A stretch of DNA of 64,000 nt from the NCBI GenBank assembly GCA_963740315.1, contig CAVUDP010000003.1:224001-288000 (forward strand), written 5' to 3'. The DNA is from an uncultured cyanobacterium (GTDB lineage: Bacteria > Cyanobacteriota > Cyanobacteriia > Cyanobacteriales > Nostocaceae). Position numbers and translations under genes: made by a program. The notes under the pieces were generated by a model. It did no database searches. It had not been told where the DNA came from and was given only the letters and a program-made list of their open reading frames with translations. Below, in pieces: positions 43,434-54,461 of the stretch. How positions within the stretch are numbered: the stretch's first letter is position 1; each line of letters starts with the position of its first letter.

Positions 43434-43787
43434 TTAACGACGGATTTGGTTTAAAGCGTTCCAAGTATCACTATTAATGATTCCCGTAACTTTGACTTTA
43501 CTACGACGTTGGAAACTTTGTACTGCTGCTTCCATATAGCTACCGAAATCACCATCTACGTATCCAATGTAATCAGAAGTTGATTTTAAGATACGCTGTG
43601 CTTTCATGACCATATCACCACGATCGCCTTTTTTTAATTCTGCCATTGGTAGGGGTTCGCTTTTATTCACTTGCTGTCGGGGGCGATCGTTTACAGCTTG
43701 CTCTTCTATCGAAAAGACTCTTTGCTGGAAAGTTTTAGCCTTGCTACTTTTTTCTGGTTGTTGAAAATTTTTCTCTTTAGATTCCAT
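43434..43787 (-). CDS. peptidoglycan-binding domain protein
   Basis: LKKGDRG...DGDFG...AVQSFQ...TGII...TW. Confidence 0.8.
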   Translation of the reverse strand: MESKEKNFQQPEKSSKAKTFQQRVFSIEEQAVNDRPRQQVNKSEPLPMAELKKGDRGDMVMKAQRILKSTSDYIGYVDGDFGSYMEAAVQSFQRRSKVKVTGIINSDTWNALNQIRR

Positions 43788-44132
43788 ACAATTCCCCTAA
43801 TAATTCAACAGATTTGTTAAACCTTTACACTTTTATCGTTAGAACTCAGCCGGATTATTATTCCTACTGGTATTTACACATAGGGCATAATGTAGCTGCT
43901 ATCACTTGTGAATTTACTATCTCTATGTTAGTAGATTAATACTCGTTATTTTCTTTTGTTCAGATTTAATCGTAGATAATAATACCTACAACCTACAAAA
44001 GTGATTTTTCGGAATAAAATTTGATTAATTTGACTTATTTATACATAAATTTTCAGTTTGTATCGCAAATTACAATTATGGTTGTTTTTCGTTCTCGGTA
44101 AGATATTAATATAGGGATCTATAAGATTCTTC

Positions 44133-44236
44133 CGCCGAATTTTGTATACCTTACGGGTATGCTACGCAAACGTGTAGCGCGGGCAAAGCGATCGAAAGAG
44201 CGTATATTCTCTCTTCTCTATTCCTAAATCCGGCGT
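44133..44236. mobile_element. possible MITE-like element
   Basis: Inverted ends CGCCGAATTT / AAATCCGGCG (9/10) in a long intergenic region. Confidence 0.4.
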
Positions 44237-44436
44237 TCCCTATAATCGGCAGTAATTATAACTGCGCTAACATTAATCAAATCGGAAACAATATTTGTTA
44301 AGTTCAACTTAAATAGCGTGTTGAGAATAGTTAGTTATTAGTAAAAAGTGGGCGGAAACTACACCACCGCGTTGACTCGGAAATAATTGATAATAGTCTT
44401 AGTCTATACAGGTGCTACTTTAAATTAATTAGTTAT

Positions 44437-45645
44437 ATGCTTAATCAATCAAACAAAACTTTGAAGGCGAAAACATCTACATCTAATTCATTATTAACTC
44501 TATCGGTAGCCCCAGCAAAAGTTATTCGTGGCTTCCAAATCGGAGATCGAGCAGTAGATGCTATTTCTCGTTTGGGAAATCGTCCGATTATTATAGGTGG
44601 CGATCGCACTTTAAGTATTGCCGAAAATTATCTGCAATTGCTGTCCGAATTAGATTCTGAGTCTGCTGCTTATACTCCTGATTGTAGCGAAAATAGTCTA
44701 GAAATTTTACGAAACAAAGCACAAATTCATGATGCCGATCTAATCGTCGGTATCGGTGGTGGTAAAGCTTTGGATACGGCGAAACTGGTAGCCCATCAGT
44801 TACAAATACCATGCGTGACAATTCCCACTTCGGCGGCGACTTGTGCGGCTTGGACTGCACTTTCCAACGTGTATTCTAATGAAGGGGCGTTTTTATATGA
44901 TGTGGCTTTGGATAAATGTCCCGACTTACTGATATTAGATTACGAATTGATTCAAACCGCACCGCAAAATACCTTAGTGGCGGGGATTGGCGATGCAATA
45001 GCTAAATGGTACGAAGCCTCGGTAAGTAGCGGAAGTTCAGAACAAACTTTAATTATTGCAGCAGTTCAACAAGCCAGAGTTTTACGCGATATTTTATTGC
45101 AAAAGTCGGTTGCTGCACTGCAATCTCCCGGAAGCGAAGCTTGGCGAGAAGTTGTAGACGCGACAGTTTTACTTGCTGGAGTAATTGGCGGGATTGGCGG
45201 CGCAGAATGTCGGACTGTTGCCGCTCATGCAGTGCATAATGGTTTAACTCATGTTTGTGGGCGCGGTAGCATTCATGGCGAGAAAGTGGCTTACGGTATT
45301 TTGGTGCAGTTGCGTTTGGAAGAAATGGTGCTTTCAAACCAATTAGCTGCTGCTGCAAGACAACAATTGCTCAAATTTTATGCAGAAATTGGATTACCCC
45401 AAAACCTGGATGATTTAGGTTTGGGTAATATAACTCTCAAACAATTGCAAAAGGCGGCGGAATTTGCTTTACAACCCAACTCAGATATTCACAGATTACC
45501 GTTTAAAGTTGCGATCGAACAATTAATGGCGGCGATGATTTCTACTACAGCACCAGTAGAAGCAAATGGGATTTCAAATGGTTTAAACGCACGAAAGAAT
45601 CAATTTAAAAAGTTTTCTGCTTCTACAAAAGAAGAAAAAGCATAA
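44437..45645 (+). CDS. iron-containing alcohol/glycerol dehydrogenase family protein
   Basis: GIGGGKALDTAK, PTSAATCA, AHAVHNG, HGEKVA. Confidence 0.9.
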   Translation: MLNQSNKTLKAKTSTSNSLLTLSVAPAKVIRGFQIGDRAVDAISRLGNRPIIIGGDRTLSIAENYLQLLSELDSESAAYTPDCSENSLEILRNKAQIHDADLIVGIGGGKALDTAKLVAHQLQIPCVTIPTSAATCAAWTALSNVYSNEGAFLYDVALDKCPDLLILDYELIQTAPQNTLVAGIGDAIAKWYEASVSSGSSEQTLIIAAVQQARVLRDILLQKSVAALQSPGSEAWREVVDATVLLAGVIGGIGGAECRTVAAHAVHNGLTHVCGRGSIHGEKVAYGILVQLRLEEMVLSNQLAAAARQQLLKFYAEIGLPQNLDDLGLGNITLKQLQKAAEFALQPNSDIHRLPFKVAIEQLMAAMISTTAPVEANGISNGLNARKNQFKKFSASTKEEKA

Positions 45646-45703
45646 ATATTGATTGCGATGTTGATTTCTTGGTAATCTAACAATCTCATAGAAAAACCTA
45701 AAA

Positions 45704-46915
45704 ATGAATTTAGACTGGATAATCCCAGCCCAACGAATACAACAGCTACCCGCCTATCCATTTGCTCGCTTGGATGAATTGAAAACTGCATCGCGGGAGC
45801 AAGGTTTGGATTTGATCGATTTGGGTATGGGAAACCCCGATGGTGCGACACCGGATGCTGTAATTGATGCAGCAATACAGGCTTTAAAAAATCCCGACAA
45901 TCACGGTTATCCGCCTTTTGAAGGAACCGCTAATTTCCGCAACGCGATTACTAATTGGTATCATCGCCGCTATGGAGTTAATTTAGATCCCGATAGCGAA
46001 GCTTTACCGTTATTGGGTTCTAAAGAAGGATTGGGACATTTAGCATTAGCTTATGTCAATCCCGGCGATCTAGTTTTGGTACCTTCTCCATCTTATCCCG
46101 TTCATTTTCGAGGTCCGGTAATTGCTGGCGGTGAAATCCACAGTTTGATTTTGAAACCAGAAAACGACTGGTTGATCGATTTAACGAAAATACCCGACAC
46201 CGTAGCTAAAAGAGCGAAAATCCTTTATTTCAACTATCCTAATAACCCAACTGCGGCTACTGCACCCCGCGAATTTTTTGAAGAAATAGTTGCTTTTGCT
46301 CAAAAGTACGAAATTTTGCTGGTACACGATTTGTGTTATGCGGAATTAGCATTTGATGGCTATCAACCCACCAGTTTGTTAGAAATTCCTGGCGCTAAAG
46401 ATATTGGCGTGGAATTTCACACCATGTCAAAAACCTATAATATGGCGGGTTGGCGCGTGGGTTTTGTAGTAGGAAACCGCCATGTAATTCAAGGTTTACG
46501 GACGCTGAAAACCAACTTAGATTATGGTATTTTTTCAGCATTACAAGTAGCAGCCCAAACCGCTTTACAATTACCAGATAGTTATTTAGAGCAAGTTCAA
46601 CAACGCTATTCTACCCGTCGCGATTTCCTGATCGAAGGTTTGACGGATTTAGGTTGGAATCTTTCTAAAACTAAAGCAACGATGTATTTGTGGATTCCTT
46701 CTCCGGTTGGTATGAATTCCACCGATTTTGCTTTACAGTTATTACAGCAGACAGGCGTAGTTGTTACTCCCGGTAACGCCTTTGGTGTTGGAGGTGAAAA
46801 TTATGTCCGTATTAGTTTGATTGCCGATACTCAACGCCTTGGCGAAGCTTTACATAGATTTAAGCAAGCAGGTATTCGCTATTACTCCAAACCCGCGATT
46901 TCTAGTTCAAAATAA
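45704..46915 (+). CDS. PLP-dependent class I/II aminotransferase
   Basis: NYPNNPT, DLCY, SKTYNMAGWRVG. Confidence 0.93.
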   Translation: MNLDWIIPAQRIQQLPAYPFARLDELKTASREQGLDLIDLGMGNPDGATPDAVIDAAIQALKNPDNHGYPPFEGTANFRNAITNWYHRRYGVNLDPDSEALPLLGSKEGLGHLALAYVNPGDLVLVPSPSYPVHFRGPVIAGGEIHSLILKPENDWLIDLTKIPDTVAKRAKILYFNYPNNPTAATAPREFFEEIVAFAQKYEILLVHDLCYAELAFDGYQPTSLLEIPGAKDIGVEFHTMSKTYNMAGWRVGFVVGNRHVIQGLRTLKTNLDYGIFSALQVAAQTALQLPDSYLEQVQQRYSTRRDFLIEGLTDLGWNLSKTKATMYLWIPSPVGMNSTDFALQLLQQTGVVVTPGNAFGVGGENYVRISLIADTQRLGEALHRFKQAGIRYYSKPAISSSK

Positions 46916-46947
46916 ATACAGCCAATTCTTAATTATTTCATAAATTG

Positions 46948-47271
46948 ATGCAATCCCCACCTGCTACGGTTCCAGATATTATCACTTCCGGCTTTCATGC
47001 CTTATCAGAACCCTTACGGGTTAAAGTATTGCAACTACTAAAGAATCGTGAAATCTGTGTTTGCGATTTGTGCGATACTTTAGATGTAAGTCAATCCAAG
47101 CTGTCTTTTCATCTCAAAACCCTTAAAGAAGCTAATTTGGTTTGCGCTCGTCAAGAAGGGCGTTGGATTTATTACAGCCTCAACCAACCGTCTTTTGAAG
47201 TGTTACAGCAGTACTTAGTACAATATAGCGAATGTAGTACTGTTGTGCTGGTACGCTCTTGTAAAGATTAG
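46948..47271 (+). CDS. ArsR/SmtB-family regulator
   Basis: FHALSEPLR, EICVCDL, SQSKLSFHL. Confidence 0.92.
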   Translation: MQSPPATVPDIITSGFHALSEPLRVKVLQLLKNREICVCDLCDTLDVSQSKLSFHLKTLKEANLVCARQEGRWIYYSLNQPSFEVLQQYLVQYSECSTVVLVRSCKD

Positions 47272-47502
47272 CAATAGGTAATTTTCATGTTCTAATCTGA
47301 AATACAGATTTAATAAATTTTGGATTTTAAACAATTAAGCAAGCTTGGTAAAATTCAATCGCAATTATTACCCTCTTGCTAAATTTATAAATTATATATA
47401 AAAGCTTATTTTAGCCACGACTAATGAAGATAAATGAGCTATTTGATGCTTTAGCTTATTAATGTATCGCTTCTTATTATCATGTATTCGACTTTTAAAC
47501 GT

Positions 47503-47536
47503 GTCCCGACACCTCCCGGAAAGGTAGGTGTGGGAC
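47503..47536 (-). terminator. hairpin immediately after ftsH
   Basis: GTCCCGACACCT...AGGTGTGGGAC stem. Confidence 0.6.
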
Positions 47537-47546
47537 TTCTTACAAA

Positions 47547-49394
47547 TTAAGCAAACGCTGCTGTTTTCACATCATTAGTTGCTAATAAGTCTTGCAATTC
47601 TTCAGCGTCTACAGTTTCTTTGTCAATTAACATTGCTGCTAATTTATCAAGAATTAGACGGTTATCTTGTAATACTTGCTTGGCACGATTGTAAGCAACG
47701 TCAACTAAGTCGTGGACTTCCATATCAATGGTAGCTGCGGTTTCTTCAGAGAAATCACGCTCAGACATGATGTCGCGACCGAGGAACATATTACCTTGTT
47801 GACGACCAAGGGCAACTGGTCCAAGGTTGTCGCTCATACCGAAGCGAGTCACCATTTGACGAGCTACGTTAGCTACTTGCTGTAAGTCGTTGGAAGCACC
47901 AGTGGTAACTTCTTCTTGACCGTAGATTAATTCTTCAGCGATACGTCCACCCAAAGCTACAGCCATCTGGTTTTCCAGATAAGAGCGACTGTACAAACCA
48001 CTGTCCATGCGGTCTTCGCTAGGGGTAAACCAAGTTAAACCACCAGCACGTCCGCGAGGAATAATGCTGATTTTTTGTACTGGATCGTAATCTGGCATTA
48101 AAGCACCGACTAAAGCGTGACCGGCTTCGTGGTATGCTACTAACTCTTTGCGTTTTTCGCTCATTACCCGGTCTTTCTTTTCGGGTCCAGCTAATACGCG
48201 ATCGATCGCATCGTTGATTTCGTCCATCGAAATTTCTGTTAAGTTGCGTCGTGCTGCTAAAATTGCGGCTTCGTTAAGCAGGTTGGATAAATCTGCACCT
48301 GTGAAACCCGGAGTACGACGAGCAATTCTATCTAGATCGACATCTTTTCCTAAAGTTTTTCCGCGAGCGTGAACTTTAAGAATTTCAACTCTTCCAGCGT
48401 AATCTGGTCGGTCAACAACTACCTGACGGTCAAAACGTCCGGGACGTAATAATGCTGCGTCTAATACGTCAGGACGGTTGGTAGCAGCAATAATGATGAT
48501 TCCGGTGTTACCTTCAAAACCATCCATTTCGGTAAGTAACTGGTTAAGGGTTTGTTCCCTTTCGTCGTTACCACCACCTAAACCAGCACCCCGCTGACGA
48601 CCTACTGCGTCAATTTCATCGATAAATACGATACAGGGAGCATTAGCTTTAGCTTGCTCGAACAAATCGCGAACGCGGGAAGCACCCACACCCACAAACA
48701 TTTCTACGAACTCAGAACCGGAGATAGAGAAGAAAGGAACTCCAGCTTCACCAGCTACCGCACGAGCTAACAAAGTTTTACCTGTTCCGGGAGGTCCTAC
48801 TAGCAATACACCTTTGGGAATTTTCGCACCAACAGCAGTAAAGCGATCGGCGTTTTTAAGAAAATCGACTACTTCGTTTAACTCAAGCTTGGCTTGATCG
48901 ATACCAGCGACATCACCAAAAGTGATTTGGGTTTGCGGCTCCATTTGTACTCTGGCTTTAGACTTACCAAAGTTCATGGCTTGGCTACCCGGACCGCTCT
49001 GAGCGCGGCGTAGCAAAAAGAACAAACCGACTAAAAGCAATACGGGGAAGAATAAACTGCTAAGCGCCTTAAACCAAAAACCTTCATCGGTTTGAGGCAT
49101 TACAGAAATATCAACGTTGTTTTTAGTAAGAGTATTAATTAAATCCGGGTCATTTACCAAAGTCACAACTCTTTTAGTTGGCTCAAACTTCGGTGTTACC
49201 TTAGCAACAGACCTATCGGAACTCAAACTAACTTTTTCTACTTTACCTTTTTCAACTGCTTGAATAAACTCACTGTAACGCCATGTTTCCTGATTTTGGA
49301 CTTGAGTATTGTCAAAAAGCGCCGTTCCTAAAGCGATTACAACAATAAAAAGCAGCGCGTACAGCCCCGCATTTCTCCATCTTTTATTATTCAC
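47547..49394 (-). CDS. ftsH: ATP-dependent zinc metalloprotease FtsH (FtsH3-like)
   Basis: [18 protein letters not shown]-terminus [14 protein letters not shown] start with AGGAGG RBS. Confidence 0.97.
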   Translation of the reverse strand: MNNKRWRNAGLYALLFIVVIALGTALFDNTQVQNQETWRYSEFIQAVEKGKVEKVSLSSDRSVAKVTPKFEPTKRVVTLVNDPDLINTLTKNNVDISVMPQTDEGFWFKALSSLFFPVLLLVGLFFLLRRAQSGPGSQAMNFGKSKARVQMEPQTQITFGDVAGIDQAKLELNEVVDFLKNADRFTAVGAKIPKGVLLVGPPGTGKTLLARAVAGEAGVPFFSISGSEFVEMFVGVGASRVRDLFEQAKANAPCIVFIDEIDAVGRQRGAGLGGGNDEREQTLNQLLTEMDGFEGNTGIIIIAATNRPDVLDAALLRPGRFDRQVVVDRPDYAGRVEILKVHARGKTLGKDVDLDRIARRTPGFTGADLSNLLNEAAILAARRNLTEISMDEINDAIDRVLAGPEKKDRVMSEKRKELVAYHEAGHALVGALMPDYDPVQKISIIPRGRAGGLTWFTPSEDRMDSGLYSRSYLENQMAVALGGRIAEELIYGQEEVTTGASNDLQQVANVARQMVTRFGMSDNLGPVALGRQQGNMFLGRDIMSERDFSEETAATIDMEVHDLVDVAYNRAKQVLQDNRLILDKLAAMLIDKETVDAEELQDLLATNDVKTAAFA

Positions 49395-49456
49395 CCAGGT
49401 CAATCCTCCTGTTTTTTTGTGTCGCGTCTCTAAGAGAGATGAAAATTTTAAGAATT

Positions 49457-49474
49457 ATGTTAACTTATCTTAAC
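49457..49474 (-). promoter_or_regulatory. possible HLR1 (RpaB)-like direct repeat upstream of ftsH
   Basis: Minus strand GTTAAGAT-AA-GTTAACAT; only an imperfect match to the TTACA repeat consensus. Confidence 0.3.
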
Positions 49475-49495
49475 GTATACCAGAATGCCTACACA

Positions 49496-50284
49496 TTATG
49501 CTAGTAAATATCTTCGTAATTCCTTAAAACAATAGTGGCTAGGATCGTATTGTAGCTTTCCTGTAGGGTGAATGACTTGGTGGATTGGTAGTATTTCCAC
49601 TACACAGTTACTGTAAGCTAGCGTCTCAAATCCTTTAACCAACTTTGGGGTAAACGCTTCTTCCTTAACCGAATATTCAAAACGCAAGCAATTAAGAAGT
49701 TTTTCTCTCATAATTCCCGGTAAGATTCCCGCACTTAATGGTGGCGTAAACCAAGAGCGATCGCGCCATCCCCAAAGATTGCCAGTACTAGTTTCTAACC
49801 AATTTCCCGCAGCGTCAGTTAAAATCGCTTCTTGAGCATCTTGTTGCAAAGCATTTTTTTTCGCTAGCCAAGGCGCTAAGTAATTTCCCGTTTTATGAAA
49901 AGGTAAACTGCGGTATTGTGCTGTTTCGGCAATAGTTAAGCTGACACCATTTTTTTGTTTTTCCACCAAACCATCGGGCATTAACCTACCAGTTATCCAT
50001 TCCTTGCCATTGGGGAACAGGGTAATTCTGAGAATCGGATAATTATTTATGAGAATTTCTGCACCACGGCGGATGTTTTGCCAATTCGGTTGTTGAAAAT
50101 TAAGTTTTTGTACGGAATATTGAAGGCGTTTGCAATGTGCCTCCCAATTAGTTAGACGGCTATCGAGAGAATTATTATATATTCGCAACGTTGTAAAAAT
50201 TGTTGCACCAAATAATAAACCTGGCTCATCAATTGGTAATTGGATAAATTGGGATTCAATTAATTCGCCATTATACCAATACAT
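49496..50284 (-). CDS. class IV aminotransferase / 4-amino-4-deoxychorismate lyase-like
   Basis: HKTGNY, ETSTGNL, GILPGIMR. Confidence 0.88.
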   Translation of the reverse strand: MYWYNGELIESQFIQLPIDEPGLLFGATIFTTLRIYNNSLDSRLTNWEAHCKRLQYSVQKLNFQQPNWQNIRRGAEILINNYPILRITLFPNGKEWITGRLMPDGLVEKQKNGVSLTIAETAQYRSLPFHKTGNYLAPWLAKKNALQQDAQEAILTDAAGNWLETSTGNLWGWRDRSWFTPPLSAGILPGIMREKLLNCLRFEYSVKEEAFTPKLVKGFETLAYSNCVVEILPIHQVIHPTGKLQYDPSHYCFKELRRYLLA

Positions 50285-50315
50285 ATTTAGGTGTTAGTTG
50301 ATAGTTGTTAGTTGT

Positions 50316-50483
50316 TAGAGGATGTTTTAAAAGTCTTCTTGTCGGTAGCAAAACGTTCTAGATCCTCCATTATCCCCCTTAAAAAAGGGGAATTTGATTC
50401 CGATTCCCCCCTTATAAAGGGAGGTTAGGGGGGATCGATAAGTGGCTAAAATCACAGCTAACTACTTTTCAAACAACCTCTTA
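50316..50483. mobile_element. MITE-like element, family 4
   Basis: TIR TAGAGGATGTTTTAAAAGT / ACTTTTCAAACAACCTCTTA; internal CCCC..GGGG hairpins. Confidence 0.78.
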
Positions 50484-50522
50484 GGATTTAGAAATTATTA
50501 GTTTTTATATTTAACCTTTATT

Positions 50523-51071
50523 TTACTTATTCTGATTCATATACTTATAAATAGCGGCAATATTTCGAGCATCATCAATGCCGCGATGATGAGTACCTTG
50601 TAATTCTATTCCTAATTTTTCCAAAGCCTGCGTCATACCAAATCTTTTTTTCTTATCCCCAATATATAAAGAAAATTCCTTTTTAATATTTCGATGTTCC
50701 GCACCGAAGGGATAATCAACATTATGAAATTCGCAATCTTGAATAAACTGATTTTTATCATAATTTCCCCAAGAGCAGAATATATTCTTGGGGTAAGAAT
50801 CAATCCATTCTTTAAACTGAGAAATCACCTCTGGAAAATTCGGTGCCATCTCAACATCTTGCTGAGTAATTGTAGTTAATTCAGTACAAAACTCAGTTAA
50901 CTGTGGATGTCTTACAGGTTTAATAAACTGCTGATATTCCGAATCGATTTCCCAGTTTGAACGATTCAACATTACCGCACCAATTTCAATTATTTCCATT
51001 TCTTCGCTGGGAATAATGCCATCATCGGAACAAGTTGCTTCTAAATCTATAATTAAAAAATAGCTAGACAT
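50523..51071 (-). CDS. DEDDh 3'-5' exonuclease (ERI-1/KapD-like)
   Basis: IDLEATC, WGNYD, HHRGIDDA. Confidence 0.92.
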   Translation of the reverse strand: MSSYFLIIDLEATCSDDGIIPSEEMEIIEIGAVMLNRSNWEIDSEYQQFIKPVRHPQLTEFCTELTTITQQDVEMAPNFPEVISQFKEWIDSYPKNIFCSWGNYDKNQFIQDCEFHNVDYPFGAEHRNIKKEFSLYIGDKKKRFGMTQALEKLGIELQGTHHRGIDDARNIAAIYKYMNQNK

Positions 51072-51102
51072 TTATCAATTATCAATTATCAATTATCAAA
51101 TC

Positions 51103-51576
51103 CTACTCTCTATTGCCTTTAAAAGGCTTAACCCAGCCAAATTTTATGGCGCTATCAAGGATAAAAGCTGTTATGGCAAATTCTGCAATACTTTCCAAAG
51201 TAAACAGCACAAAAGGAAAAACTGAGGACGAAAAATTTAGTCCTATATCCACCTGAGCTAAACCTCGCACCAATCCAAAAGCAAGCACGCCACCACTTTT
51301 CAGGTGTGGGTTTTCATCTTCGCGAATAATGTAACGATAGGTAGCACCAAATAGGAAACCAGAAAAACCCGCAATTCCAGCACTTATCGATCGCTGCAAA
51401 GTTACCGTAATTATACTTACATCGTAAAGTTCACTAAAATACTCGTTTAATAAGAAATCATCAAAAATAGAAGCGAGAATAAATACTAAGGAAAAGCTCA
51501 AACCAGATATAATCCCAGCCTTGAGAGATTCCACACGTTCTGCCATTAAATTGGAATTAAAAGTATCTTTCATCAC
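51103..51576 (-). CDS. conserved membrane protein
   Basis: LFGATYRYIIRED.NPHLKSG.VLAFGLVR; several hydrophobic segments. Confidence 0.75.
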   Translation of the reverse strand: MMKDTFNSNLMAERVESLKAGIISGLSFSLVFILASIFDDFLLNEYFSELYDVSIITVTLQRSISAGIAGFSGFLFGATYRYIIREDENPHLKSGGVLAFGLVRGLAQVDIGLNFSSSVFPFVLFTLESIAEFAITAFILDSAIKFGWVKPFKGNRE

Positions 51577-51757
51577 ATATAAATTATTACTTCTATTCCA
51601 GTCTTACGAACACCCGATCGAGGGAGTAGGGAGTTTGGCTACTTTAAGAATTTCTCGCAATCCCTAATGCCGCATCCCTAATTTCCATTTCAAGTAGTAA
51701 CTGATAATTGTATGATAATTATGGAGTAGTTAAGACAGGAAGTTTAAAAGTAGTACT

Positions 51758-51847
51758 ATGGCGATTTTGACTTTAGGCTGGGTTTCTCTATTGGTAGTTT
51801 TTACTTGGTCGATTGCAATGGTAGTTTGGGGTCGTAACGGACTATAA
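51758..51847 (+). CDS. petN: cytochrome b6f subunit PetN
   Basis: Manual translation [29 protein letters not shown]. Confidence 0.97.
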   Translation: MAILTLGWVSLLVVFTWSIAMVVWGRNGL

Positions 51848-51854
51848 AATCATC

Positions 51855-52016
51855 GTGGAAGGTTCATTTCTCAACATTTTGGCAATATCTGCCTTGGTAT
51901 TACTCGTAACTGTTACGGGTGGCGTAATTTATTTGACTTTGATGGAATGGCGCGATCGCCGTCTTCAAGAACAAGAAAAACGGGAATTGCGCCGTAGTTC
52001 ACCAAAAAAACGATGA
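51855..52016 (+). CDS. 53-aa single-pass membrane protein downstream of petN
   Basis: GTG start 7 nt after petN stop; MEGSFLNILAISALVLLVTVTGGVIYLTLMEWRDRR... Confidence 0.75.
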   Translation: MEGSFLNILAISALVLLVTVTGGVIYLTLMEWRDRRLQEQEKRELRRSSPKKR

Positions 52017-52069
52017 TTTAACAGTTATGTGACGCTATCTCCCAAAAAATCCCCCACAGCGAATTTAGA

Positions 52070-52089
52070 GACTTCGCATCTGCGAAGTC
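52070..52089 (+). terminator. hairpin after the petN operon
   Basis: GACTTCGCA-TC-TGCGAAGTC. Confidence 0.5.
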
Positions 52090-52172
52090 TTCAAATTTTG
52101 TATTAGATATTAAGAATAAATCATTACGAGTTAAACGCAACCGCAACGAGTTATTAAGCATCCTACTAGATT

Positions 52173-52220
52173 AGATCCCCCCAACCCCCCGTATTGAAGG
52201 GGGGCTTTGCGTAGGTTTTA
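52173..52220. repeat. partial copy of MITE family 2
   Basis: AGATCCCCCCAACCCCCCGTATTGAAGGGGGGCTTTGC matches 9925-9962. Confidence 0.7.
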
Positions 52221-52391
52221 ATCCTTATAAAAAATTAAAAAGAATAGAATTACCTCTATTCCTGATTCCCAAATGAAAATTTTGGCATTGTTTATTGATA
52301 TTAATCAAAGACGGAGAAATATTTCTCTATATTATTTAGATTATTTAAAAATAAGAAGAAAAATCTATTTCTCCGCCACCATTCTACAAAT

Positions 52392-53797
52392 CTACAACTG
52401 CTTCACTTCAGCCACTAATTTACCTACCATGTCTTTAGCGCTACCAAAAAGCATCGAGGTTTTGTCTTTATAAAACAACCCGTTATCAACACCTGCAAAA
52501 CCTTTGCTCATACCGCGCTTAATTACAATGGTTTGCTTAGCGCGATCGACTTCTAAAATGGGCATACCATAAATCGGACTACTTTTATCGGTTCTTGCTG
52601 CGGGATTAACCACATCATTTGCCCCAATAATCAAAGCAACATCAGTTTGTTCAAATTGGGGATTGACATCTTCCATATCGTGAAGCTGTTCGTAAGGTAC
52701 ATTTGCTTCAGCCAGCAATACATTCATATGTCCCGGCATTCTTCCAGCTACCGGATGAATGGCATACTTGACATCTACACCCATACGCTCCAATTGATCG
52801 GCTAACTCGCGAACGCCATGCTGTGCTTGAGCTACCGCCATTCCGTAACCGGGAACGATTACCACGGAACGAGCATAACCCAGCATCATCGCACCTTCTT
52901 CTGCATCAATGCTGCGAACAACTTGATCGGTTGCACCACCAGTTGCGCCAGCAGCACCACCACCACCATCTGTACCAAAAGCGCTAAATAACACGCTAAA
53001 CAAAGATCGGTTCATTGCCTTACACATAATTTGTGTGAGGATTAAACCGCTGGCTCCCACCAACGCACCGGCGATGATTAACATATTGTTCATCACCACA
53101 AAACCAGCAGCAGCAGCAGCCAAACCAGAAAGCGAGTTCAACAGCGAAATTACCACGGGCATATCGCCGCCACCGATGGGGATCACGAACAAAACACCTA
53201 ACAGTAATGAAATGCCAACTATTCCTAAAAATACTGGTAAGTTGTAAGGATCTACAATCAAAAATCCACTACCGACAATATAAGCAACCAACAGCAAAAT
53301 ATTCAAAGGCTGCTGTAAAGGATAAGTAATCGGCGTACCCTTGAGAATACCTTGCAGCTTCGCAAAAGCGATCGTACTACCCGTAAAAGTGATACCGCCG
53401 ATAAATACATCAAGCAGCATCGAAATATTTACATCCAAGCCAATCGGTTGAGAAGTATCCAGCAACCGCCAAAACTCAGCAACCGCCACCAAAGCCGAGG
53501 CAGAACCCCCAAACCATTGAGTAAACCTACCATTTGGGGCATTTGCGTCATCTGCACCGTATAAGCAGCGATCGCACCAATAGCGGAACCAATTGCCAAA
53601 CCCAACAAAATCATTTCATAATTCAACACCTGCTGATTTAAGAGAGTTGCGACAATCGCCAACAACATCCCCACAGCAGCTATTACATTACCGTTTCGTG
53701 CCGTAGCAGGCGAACCTAACTTCTTTAAACCCAGAATAAACAAAGACGAAGCTACTAAATACGTTATCTGAATCCCACTTGGGAGAAAATCGCTCAT
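52392..53797 (-). CDS. pntB: NAD(P) transhydrogenase beta subunit, split by an apparent 1-nt deletion
   Basis: MSDFLPSG...MPQMVGLLNGL joins ...GGGDMPVVIS...HPVAGRMPGHMN if the C5 run at 53506-53510 is C6. Confidence 0.9.
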
Positions 53798-53857
53798 AAA
53801 ATTTGATAGTTGTTGGTTGATAGTTGATGATTGATACCATCGCATTACTATTAAAGA

Positions 53858-53915
53858 GTTCGTAGTAAGGACTTTAGTCCTCAAATAAGAAGCGAAGACA
53901 GCGCCTACTACGAAC
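53858..53915. repeat. short palindromic REP-like element
   Basis: 10-bp perfect inverted ends GTTCGTAGTA/TACTACGAAC; internal AGGACTTTAGTCCT hairpin. Confidence 0.75.
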
Positions 53916-53917
53916 CT

Positions 53918-54205
53918 CTAACTTGCTTTCTTCTTAAACATTTGCAGCATTCGATCGGTAACTAGAAAACCACCGACAACGTTAATAGTTGCTAGTACCA
54001 CCGCAGTTAAACCAAGAATTACCGAGATATTAGATTCCTTCGCACCAGCAGCAACAATTGCCCCCAGCACGGCAATACCAGAAATTGCATTAGAACCAGA
54101 CATCAAAGGCGTGTGCAAAGTTGGTGGAACTTTATTAATGACTTCAAACCCAATAAACGAAGCCAAAACAAACACAAATAAAGCCGCAATTAATGCTTCT
54201 GTCAT
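53918..54205 (-). CDS. pntA: NAD(P) transhydrogenase alpha subunit, membrane part
   Basis: VPPTLHTPLMSGSNAISG; NVVGGFLVTDRML. Confidence 0.95.
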   Translation of the reverse strand: MTEALIAALFVFVLASFIGFEVINKVPPTLHTPLMSGSNAISGIAVLGAIVAAGAKESNISVILGLTAVVLATINVVGGFLVTDRMLQMFKKKAS

Positions 54206-54461
54206 ATCAAAAAAACTCCCATATAAATCAGTGAACAGTGAACAGTGAAGAGTGAACAGCGAGCAGTTAAGAGTTAAGAGTTATTAGTCAATAGTGATAT
54301 CAAGTTATGGCTATGAATAAGTAATGAATTAAATCATCTCTGAGTAGTTAAAACATTAATATTTATTCCTAATTTAAACCTGATATTCTTAACTTAGCAA
54401 CCAATTACCAAATGTGATTTTTACTGCTCACTGATAACTGCTAACTGTTAACTGTTCACTG

